A DNA stretch of 64,000 bases from Thermoplasmata archaeon (GTDB lineage: Archaea > Thermoplasmatota > Thermoplasmata > Lutacidiplasmatales > UBA184). A model generated the notes under the pieces. The model made no database searches. It was not told the origin of the DNA and saw only the letters and a program-made list of their open reading frames with translations. The position numbers and the translations under genes were made by a program. The stretch spans positions 65,229-129,228 of the forward strand of contig JBKQNC010000011.1 in assembly GCA_052326445.1 (NCBI GenBank). Reading direction: 5' to 3'. Every line of letters begins with the position of its first letter. The stretch's first letter is position 1. This document shows positions 56,753 to 64,000 of this stretch, piece by piece.

Positions 56753-56862
56753 GACCTGAGCGGGCATGGGAGCGCACACTTCCCACCCGCCCAAGCCCTT
56801 CACCGGGTCAGCAGGAGCGCCTTGGCGGTGATCGACCATGGACTCATCCCCGCGGTCCGGGC

Positions 56863-57717
56863 TCAGCTTCGGCGCCAGCTGACCAATCGGGGGCCTTGAA
56901 CTCGGTTTGGCGAACGCACCCGACGTATCATGGCGGGGCGAGCTCGGTGAGCCGCGTCCGAATAGACCCACATTTCTTCGAGCCCACCCGCGTTCCGGGC
57001 GAGGTTTCCCAGGGCGCGCGCGCTGAGAATGGCGTGAGGGCAAGCCTCCCAGAAAACCTGGTCCGGTCTGCCCGTGACTTGTACCGTGATTCGTCCTTCT
57101 TCCCATCGGCGAGGGGGTGATCCCCAGGCTCGGCCGTGGCTGCGCCATTCAACCATGAGACTTCCCTTGGGTAGTAGTGTGACCTTCCAGGCATTTCGAA
57201 TCGGGAGCGGTCGGGCTCCCTCGGGGTGGAACGTCAAGTCGATTGCCAATACTCCTCCCGGAGCGAGACATCTCCGGGCAGCATCGAAGAAGTCTATGAG
57301 GTCCTCCTCTTCGACCAGGTAACCCAAACTGTCCAACGGCACGACCGCCAGCTCAACTCGTTTGGGGAGGCTAAAACTGCGAAGGTCGCCCACCAACCAG
57401 TTCTTCGGCCTGACACGTGAGCCGCTCAATTCTTGGGCCCGTGCGATCGCGAGGGGCGACCGGTCCACCCCGTACACTTCGACGCCTTGGGCCGCCCAAA
57501 GTCGTGCCAAGGGTCCCGAACCGCAAGCGAGTTCGACCGCGGTCTTCGGCGGTCTGCCGAATTCGGAGGCGGCCACGCGAAGGAAGGTGTGGGCTTCTTG
57601 GGAACGATCCCATGAAAACGCGGCATCGTAGACGTTTGGATAGCTGGACAAGTTCCGTGCCCGGCTCGGTCGTGGAGGTCGAGGAGGGGCGTCGGTAGGT
57701 TTCGGATTCCCGCTCAT
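56863..57717 (-). CDS. Class I SAM-dependent methyltransferase
   Basis: AVELACGSGPLARLW (motif I), …VYGVDRSPLAI…, …LAPGGVLAI…. Confidence 0.7.
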   Translation of the reverse strand: MSGNPKPTDAPPRPPRPSRARNLSSYPNVYDAAFSWDRSQEAHTFLRVAASEFGRPPKTAVELACGSGPLARLWAAQGVEVYGVDRSPLAIARAQELSGSRVRPKNWLVGDLRSFSLPKRVELAVVPLDSLGYLVEEEDLIDFFDAARRCLAPGGVLAIDLTFHPEGARPLPIRNAWKVTLLPKGSLMVEWRSHGRAWGSPPRRWEEGRITVQVTGRPDQVFWEACPHAILSARALGNLARNAGGLEEMWVYSDAAHRARPAMIRRVRSPNRVQGPRLVSWRRS

Positions 57718-57844
57718 CGCCCGCAATTCACCCGAACTCAGCAACGTCCTTTCTTAACTGCGGTTCCGAGCACCGCCACATTCCGGGTAAGGACTATGTA
57801 GGGCGCACCGCTCGGCGACCATCTCTCCGAGACGGAGCCCGGCG

Positions 57845-58522
57845 ATGGAAGAACCAGTAGTTGTCGGAACTGACGTCTGGAAAACGTACGGGAGCGGCGA
57901 GACCGCCGTCGATGCCCTTCGGGGACTGAACCTCGAAATCCGGCGGGGAGAGATGGTCGCGGTCATGGGACCGTCCGGCTGCGGTAAGACGACGTTCCTG
58001 AATTGCTTCTCCGGACTTGACACGGTCTCGAAGGGCAAAGTGACCATCGATGGGGTCGACATCCATGCGATGGCCGACGCGAAACGCAGCGAGTACCGGG
58101 CCAAGCGCGCCGGCTTCGTGTTCCAATCCTACAACCTCCTCCCAGTACTGGACGCCGTAGAGAACGTCGAATTGCCTCTCTTGATTGCCGGGATTCGGGC
58201 GAGCGAGGCCCGCCAGAGGGCCATCGACATGCTCGGACAGCTTGGACTCGCGGATCGAGCCCATCATCGGCCCGCCGAACTCTCGGGCGGCCAGGCTCAA
58301 CGGGTCTCCTTGGCCCGCGCACTGGTCGCCAAGCCGGCCATCGTTTGGGCGGACGAGCCCACGGGAAACCTGGATGACGAGGGGTCCCAGCAGGTCACCG
58401 TCCTCTTGCGGGAGCTCAATCACGATCATGGCCAGACGATGGTGGTCGTGACTCACGATGCGGAAGTGGCCAGCAGGTGCGACCGGGTTTTGAAGATGAG
58501 GGACGGCCGATTCATCGGCTAG
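57845..58522 (+). CDS. ABC transporter ATP-binding protein (MacB/LolD-type)
   Basis: GPSGCGKTT (Walker A), [15 protein letters not shown] (signature), [12 protein letters not shown] (Walker B), and the H-loop VTHD. Confidence 0.9.
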   Translation: MEEPVVVGTDVWKTYGSGETAVDALRGLNLEIRRGEMVAVMGPSGCGKTTFLNCFSGLDTVSKGKVTIDGVDIHAMADAKRSEYRAKRAGFVFQSYNLLPVLDAVENVELPLLIAGIRASEARQRAIDMLGQLGLADRAHHRPAELSGGQAQRVSLARALVAKPAIVWADEPTGNLDDEGSQQVTVLLRELNHDHGQTMVVVTHDAEVASRCDRVLKMRDGRFIG

Positions 58523-61489
58523 GTGGGGGCCGCCACAGACATGGTCAACGCCACGATCGGCGCCGGGTTAGTTCTCCTGCTCATCATCGCCGTCGTCGCG
58601 GGCGTGCTGATCCTGCGGCACCGGCTTTCCTGGCGCATCGCGATCCGCAACGCGCGGAGGGGTCGCGGACGAACCATTCTGCTGCTCCTTGGGCTCCTCG
58701 TCGGCACGATGATCATTTCCGGAAGCTTGTCGGTGGGCTCGACGGTCCAGAACCTGGTGGTCCACTACACCTACATCGGTGGTGGCAATGTTCACGAGGC
58801 GATCTACGGGGTCGCCCCAACGAGCTTGCGCCCCCTCAACTACAGCACGTTTCTCGCAATCGAGAATGCGGCGGCTGGGTATCCCAACATAGCGGGCATC
58901 ACCCCCATGGTGATGGGGACCGTACAACTCTATGACCAGGCTACCGGCGTTCCGGAAACTTCTCTCAACCTGATTTCCTCGAACGCCAACCAGAGCGCCA
59001 ATCTCGGCGTCTTCACGACGACGGCGGGCACGACCAGCACTGGACCCGGTCCTGGCCAAGCGTACATTGACGAGCAAACCGCACTCGCGATCAACGCGAG
59101 TGTCGGCGACACCCTCGAGGTCTTCGGGACCACGCACGCGGTCATGACGCTCGGAGCGATCGTCGTGGATGACGACCGGGGGGGCTACCAGACCGCCGGC
59201 GTGGTTCCGGGGAACGTCTTTGTCGACCTCGCGGCGGGACAGGCTCTAGAGAACCTCTCCAGCAAGATCAATTTTATCGCGGTCACGAACACCGGGGGGC
59301 AGATTGGAGGCATCGGACTTTCGGACACGGTAAGTGGATTCCTCAATTCGACGCTCGCCACCATCCCCTCCGCTGCCGGCCTCGAAGTGCATGAACCGCT
59401 CAAGGACGCGGTCGCCAGCGCGACCAGCTCAGGGGAGAGCATTGAGACCCTCTTCCTGGTCCTAGGCCTGTTTTCCATCGCCGCCGGCGCGATGCTCATC
59501 GTGGGGATATTCACGATGCTCGCTGAGGAGCGCAAGGGTGAGATGGGGATGCTCCGGGCCATTGGAATGCGACGACGGGACCTGGTGTACGTCTACCTTT
59601 TCGAGGGACTGGTGTACGGCGCCGGGAGCGCGCTGGCCGGGACGTTCCTTGGGGTGGTTGCGGGGTACCTTCTGACTTACGCCTTCAGTCCGCTGATCGC
59701 GACAGGCACGCTCACCTCGTCCGTGGTTCTCCAGTCGTTCACCGCCACCCCGAGCGACCTGGTGATCAGCTATGTCGCAGGGTTCCTCCTTACGCTGATC
59801 ACGGTCGCCGTCGCGAGCGCCCGGGTGAGCCGTCTCAACATCGTCGCAGCCATTCGGGACATCCCGCCGACGCCGCCACCTACCCGATTTTACACCTGGC
59901 TTCTGTACCTCGGAGTGGTCGTGACCCTTCTCGGGGCAGTCCTCCTCGGACCCAATCTCCACGGCACGTCGGACCTGTCCATTCCGATCCTCGGAGGAGC
60001 TCTCATCATCATCGGGCTCGGCCTGATCGCGGCCCGATTCGTCCGGAACCGATTCGCCTTCACCGCGGTCGGAGCCGCGCTGCTCGTCTGGGCGGGGGCC
60101 GAACAGGTCCACCGATACGTCTTGGGCAACTCCCACACCGGCACGATCTTCATCGTGTTCACCGAGGGCATTCTGATGGTCGGCGGGGCGCTGATGCTCT
60201 ACGTCTTCAACTCGGACCTCGTGACCGCCGCATTGCTTCGCCTCGCCCGCGGTAAAACAAGGGGCGCTCCCGTCGCTCGCGTCGCGCTTTCCTACCCCTC
60301 CCGCCGGCCAGGACGAACCGCTGTGACGCTCACCATCTTCGCCCTGGTGACGTTCGCGATGGTGTCCATTGCCTGCGTTGGGTCGACCGTCCAGTCCAAC
60401 CTGGGTAGTACGATTCAGACCCAGTCCGGGGGGTACACCTTCTTCGGAGAGTCCACGGAGCCCATGCCGAACCTTCCGCAACTGATCGCGAACAACTCCA
60501 CTCTGGCTCCCGAGATTTCGATCGTCGTGCCGGTGGCGGCCGGGCTTATCGAAGTGAACGTTCCCGGATCATCGCCAAATCCGTACCAGGACACGGTCTA
60601 CGCCGCCCCGGGGAATCAGTCGCCCTCGTCCAATTTCTACTCCACAAATCAATTCGGGTTTCAGTCCACGTGGAACGGATTGAGCCCTTCACAGGTTTGG
60701 GACCAGCTGGAGATGAACGCCTCGGTTGCCGTGGTGGACGGAACCTACGTTCCGTCGAGCGGGGTCACGGGGATTTCCAGCGCTCCCCATCCCCATCTGT
60801 CGGCTGGGGGGTTCATCGACCTCTCGCCTCCGGAGAGCTCGGCCGTTCTCACCGTGCGGGTCATCGGGGTTCTGACGGAGGTAACCGCTACCGGAGTCTT
60901 CCTCAACCCCGGGGCGGCAACTCACTTCGGCTACTCCTCGGAGATCGGGTATCTCCTCACGGTCCGACCCGGAGTCTCCACCTCCACGGCCTCCCAGGAC
61001 CTGAAACGGGCCTTCTTCACCGAGGGTCTGGTCCTGTACGACATCACTTCGATCCTTCAGAGCTCGATCGCTACCACGGAGGGGTTCATCGGGCTCCTCG
61101 AAATCTTTGTCGGTCTCGGCCTTGCGGTCGGGATCGCCGCCATGGGAATCCTGGCGCTCCGAGCTGTGGTCGAACGACGGCGCGAGATCGGCATGCTCCG
61201 GGCCATGGGGTTCACGGAGGGCGGAATTCTCCGTTCCTTCTTCTTGGAGTACTCGTTCGTTACACTGCTGGGCCTGGTGGTTGGCACGGCCCTCGGCGTG
61301 TGGATCGTCTACGATCTCTCGATCAGCCCCATCGCGGCGACAGAAGGAGTCTCGAACTTTGCCTTCCCCTACGTGACCGTGCCGATCATCCTCCTGGCTG
61401 CCTACGGACTGGCGATGCTAGCCATCGCCGCGCCGTCCATCCGGGCCTCCCGGATGCCGCCGGCGGAAGCCGTTCGGCCAACGGAATAG
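58523..61489 (+). CDS. ABC transporter permease, FtsX/MacB-like, with two FtsX domains and large extracytoplasmic domains
   Basis: 988 aa with 8 TM arranged as two 4-TM FtsX modules (…LRAIGMRRRDLVYVYLFEG…, …LRAMGFTEGGILRSFFLEY…). GTG start abuts the ATPase stop. Confidence 0.85.
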   Translation: MGAATDMVNATIGAGLVLLLIIAVVAGVLILRHRLSWRIAIRNARRGRGRTILLLLGLLVGTMIISGSLSVGSTVQNLVVHYTYIGGGNVHEAIYGVAPTSLRPLNYSTFLAIENAAAGYPNIAGITPMVMGTVQLYDQATGVPETSLNLISSNANQSANLGVFTTTAGTTSTGPGPGQAYIDEQTALAINASVGDTLEVFGTTHAVMTLGAIVVDDDRGGYQTAGVVPGNVFVDLAAGQALENLSSKINFIAVTNTGGQIGGIGLSDTVSGFLNSTLATIPSAAGLEVHEPLKDAVASATSSGESIETLFLVLGLFSIAAGAMLIVGIFTMLAEERKGEMGMLRAIGMRRRDLVYVYLFEGLVYGAGSALAGTFLGVVAGYLLTYAFSPLIATGTLTSSVVLQSFTATPSDLVISYVAGFLLTLITVAVASARVSRLNIVAAIRDIPPTPPPTRFYTWLLYLGVVVTLLGAVLLGPNLHGTSDLSIPILGGALIIIGLGLIAARFVRNRFAFTAVGAALLVWAGAEQVHRYVLGNSHTGTIFIVFTEGILMVGGALMLYVFNSDLVTAALLRLARGKTRGAPVARVALSYPSRRPGRTAVTLTIFALVTFAMVSIACVGSTVQSNLGSTIQTQSGGYTFFGESTEPMPNLPQLIANNSTLAPEISIVVPVAAGLIEVNVPGSSPNPYQDTVYAAPGNQSPSSNFYSTNQFGFQSTWNGLSPSQVWDQLEMNASVAVVDGTYVPSSGVTGISSAPHPHLSAGGFIDLSPPESSAVLTVRVIGVLTEVTATGVFLNPGAATHFGYSSEIGYLLTVRPGVSTSTASQDLKRAFFTEGLVLYDITSILQSSIATTEGFIGLLEIFVGLGLAVGIAAMGILALRAVVERRREIGMLRAMGFTEGGILRSFFLEYSFVTLLGLVVGTALGVWIVYDLSISPIAATEGVSNFAFPYVTVPIILLAAYGLAMLAIAAPSIRASRMPPAEAVRPTE

Positions 61490-61675
61490 GTTGTCGAAAC
61501 CCGAAAATGATTCGAGTCTGTCATCTAGAAAGAGGTCCCCGCTCGGTCATTAGTTGCAAACAGCATTGCAGCCACTGGGTCCCGGACCTGAACGAGACTT
61601 GCTTAACCCGGGTCGTGTTACGTGGTCCGCTGGGCGAGGAGCCGCATCCGTCCGCCGGGAGATCGAAGGGCCCTA

Positions 61676-62083
61676 ATGCCGGAAACCGACGTTGGTCACT
61701 TGGTCCTCCGATTCGTGAACGAGATTAATCGACACGATGTCTCCGCAATCCTGGCGCTCATCTCCGACGACCACCTCTTCGTCGATGGCCTGGGTCAGGA
61801 GGTTCGGGGGAAGGAACACCTTCGGGAAGCCTGGACCTCGTACTTCGAATGGTTCCCGGATTATCGGATTCTGATCGAGAATCACATCGAGATGGGGATT
61901 CTAGTGGGCCTCTTCGGGTCCGCCAGTGGGACTTACGCGGTGAAGGGTGAACTTTCTCCCTCCCGACGTTGGAAGATTCCCGCGGCGTGGAAAGCCATCG
62001 TGAGGGAGGGAAGGGTCGAGCACTGGCAGGTCTATGCGGATAACGAGCCGGTGTGGAAGGTCATGGGAACGGCCCGTCCCTGA
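61676..62083 (+). CDS. SnoaL-like / NTF2-like domain protein
   Basis: …LVLRFVNEINRHDVSAILALISDDHLFVDGLGQEVRGKEHLREAWTSYFEWFPDYRI… shows the NTF2-like fold pattern. Confidence 0.6.
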   Translation: MPETDVGHLVLRFVNEINRHDVSAILALISDDHLFVDGLGQEVRGKEHLREAWTSYFEWFPDYRILIENHIEMGILVGLFGSASGTYAVKGELSPSRRWKIPAAWKAIVREGRVEHWQVYADNEPVWKVMGTARP

Positions 62084-62300
62084 CCGGAATAACGAGAGAG
62101 CGGGCCCTTCGGCGCTGAGCGCAAACTGGATGGGCTCCTCAATTTCCCTTTTGAACAAGCCTCACCCACGGTGTAGGAACCGCGCGCAGATTCGTCACTT
62201 ACTCCTGGCCCAGGCGTTCTTCCCTTCGAGGAACGATCAAAAAAGGCCATCCGACAAACTATCGTGAACTAACCCGCAAGCCCACGTTGGAACCCACGGA

Positions 62301-62938
62301 ATGTTAGTTCTCGAAACCGAGGAACGACGCGGGCGGAAAGCCCGAAGGCGGGGAGTTTCACCCACTATTGCCATGATCTTGAAAGTCGCAATCGGAGTAG
62401 CACCGGCGGCGGTCCTCAGCGCACTGGTTTCAGGCTCTATCTACGGGCCAGGATCGACTCCCATCGGGAGCGGATTCGCCGCGGGAAGGGCGGTTTCGTG
62501 TTCCTCCTAGCAGGGAGGAGCCAGACATCGGGCCCGGCGGCGATTAGTGGCGGCTGCAACCCTGGGGACTTCATCTACACGCCGACCATCGAGGCTTCCA
62601 CCGTCACTTTCGGGAATGTGTTGTTCCAAGTGAAGGCGCCGTCGAGACAGATCTTCCGTTCCGGAGGTGCCACCTCCCCATTCGCCGTCCTGGACACGCC
62701 GGGCCGTGTCACGGCCATCAGCATCACGGGGCCTGCCGAAGCGATGAGTTCTCCGTGGCTTGGCTATGGCCTCACGACCCCGGGATCGACCTCCTCGGGT
62801 TCGACACCTCGGACGAACGTGTTGACCATCGCGATTGACCAAGCTTCGGCGTCACCGACCAGGAGTCTGGGGCTCCCGTTTGTGGTTCTGGGGGCTGGCT
62901 CGCACTTGGGCACGACCCAACCCGTCACTCTTCCGTAG
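62301..62938 (+). pseudogene. Frameshifted member of the GCxxGD[YF]xY surface-protein family (signal anchor in 62301..62510, mature domain in 62498..62938)
   Basis: ORF1 gives MILKVAIGVAPAAVLSALVSGSIY… (TM anchor) then stops at 62510. An overlapping +1 frame continues …SGGCNPGDFIYTPTIEASTVTFGNVLFQV…, homologous to 54488..55120 and 41260..42456. Confidence 0.45.
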
Positions 62939-63107
62939 GCACCACTCAAAGCGGTGGGCTGGCCCATTCCGTTGTTGCCGGTTTTCACCGATACTGTGCC
63001 AGGGTCTCGGCTGGGGTTCGGTAACCCGTTAGGCCCGTAAGGTTCATCCTAATCGCGCATAGTGGTGCAAATCAGAGCGGCGGGGACCGACAGGAAGGGG
63101 GAGAATC

Positions 63108-63728
63108 TTGAGTCCGACACCATCGAGGAGGCCGTCCGTCGTGATTCCCGAGGTCGTGGCCCATAGAGGGCAGAAGGAATACGCCGTCCCTCGCGAGTTT
63201 CGCCCCGCCAAGGACACCGCCCCCGGTCGGTATCCCCTTCTCAAGGTGTTCAAGGGGTTAGAGCGAACGATCCCCTTTCAGAAATACCCCGGGGACGACA
63301 AGACCATTCTGAAGATTGCGAAGCATACGTGGGCCAACATAGCCGAAGGTCCGGGGTGGATGTATGTGGCGCCGACCAAGACTCCACCGGAAGTCCGCCG
63401 GGGTGGCTTTCGAATGGTCGAAAGCCGGGAAGACGAGATTGTCGTGGCTCGTGCGCATCTTGCCAACAGCCCCACCATGGATGTCTACTTGGATCTGATC
63501 CACGAATTCATGCACATTCTCCAACGAAAGCAAGGACGAATCTTATGGCCCGGTCGCCTCCCGTATGTCGATCGGCCCACCGAGGTGGAAGCCTATGCGT
63601 TCTCGGTCGCGGAAGCCCGAAGACTGGGAGTCCCCGACAGTTATCTCAGGAAATATCTCGAGGTCCCATGGGTGACGCGGTCCGACGCTCGACGTCTCCT
63701 TCAAAACGTGGGAGTCTCAGCAAAGTAA
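63108..63728 (+). CDS. Hypothetical protein with HExxH motif (putative zinc metallopeptidase)
   Basis: …DVYLDLIHEFMHILQRK… plus downstream E (…EVEAYAF…). Confidence 0.5.
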   Translation: MSPTPSRRPSVVIPEVVAHRGQKEYAVPREFRPAKDTAPGRYPLLKVFKGLERTIPFQKYPGDDKTILKIAKHTWANIAEGPGWMYVAPTKTPPEVRRGGFRMVESREDEIVVARAHLANSPTMDVYLDLIHEFMHILQRKQGRILWPGRLPYVDRPTEVEAYAFSVAEARRLGVPDSYLRKYLEVPWVTRSDARRLLQNVGVSAK

Positions 63729-63796
63729 CGGGTTCCGGGTCGGTGCAACGAGGAGTGCACCCACTTTCATTCTCCCCATGAGCAGAGGTCCCGGAG

Positions 63797-64000
63797 TCAA
63801 TGCGCTTCCAGACCGGCCGAAAGTTCCACGACCGCACCCGCGTTCGATTTTTCTGAGGAGCGGAAGAGGCTCTCGGCCAGGAGTACCTCCTCCCAGGCGG
63901 CTCCGGTGTTGAGGATGATCCGGGTTGCCTTTCGGTCTCGAACGCTCGGGCCAGCGCCCTTATCCAGAAGGGGACGAAGTTTCTGTCGCCGCGGGGGGTC
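63797..64000 (-). CDS. C-terminal fragment of an unidentified gene that continues beyond the window
   Basis: Reverse translation from the window edge: …LLDKGAGPSVRDRKATRIILNTGAAWEEVLLAESLFRSSEKSNAGAVVELSAGLEAH* reads cleanly to a TGA. Confidence 0.35.
   Translation of the reverse strand, partial: DPPRRQKLRPLLDKGAGPSVRDRKATRIILNTGAAWEEVLLAESLFRSSEKSNAGAVVELSAGLEAH

Noticed and set aside
59462-60481. 339-aa minus ORF and 60670..61728 + ORF inside or near the ABC permease
   Set aside because: Antisense or out-of-frame to the FtsX permease, which has clear TM topology and an LRA-x-G motif.
1-64000. tRNA, rRNA, CRISPR arrays, integrases/transposases
   Set aside because: I scanned intergenic regions for T-loop (GTTCGAATC-like) cores, direct repeats with spacers, and recombinase motifs. 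None were found by eye; an Infernal/tRNAscan run would be needed to be certain.

Overview
This 64-kb window is GC-rich (~65%) and gene-dense, and belongs to an archaeon. The evidence for archaeal origin is a TATA-box binding protein, archaeal-type shikimate genes (ADH synthase aroA', DHQ synthase II aroB', GHMP-type shikimate kinase), and TATA-like boxes about 25-30 nt upstream of several start codons, which suggests leaderless transcripts. I found no rRNA, tRNA, CRISPR array or clear mobile element.

Main content:
- 1-10.6 kb (minus strand): a 10-gene translationally coupled operon, aroA'-aroB'-aroD/E(fusion)-aroK-aroA-aroC-asd-AK-trpE-trpG.
- Metabolic and transport genes: CoA-transferase, acyl-CoA dehydrogenase, MOSC, MFS, NRAMP, MacB-type ABC, an RCK-domain channel, amidohydrolase, epimerase.
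- Regulators: TBP, a tandem Lrp, a wHTH regulator, a small C2H2 zinc finger.
- Two paralogous small OB-fold SSB-like genes.
- Many membrane-anchored secreted glycoproteins, including a paralog family with a shared novel motif.
- A tandem pair of small membrane-protein paralogs with duplicated promoters.
- Several DUF genes (DUF2252, DUF885, DUF3052, DUF167); the first three are mainly known from Actinobacteria.
- A family of extragenic GTGCAA...TTGCAC palindromes.

Most long ORFs in the supplied track that are R/G/P-rich are antisense artefacts of the high GC content and were not called. All homology calls are from reading the translations; no searches were run.
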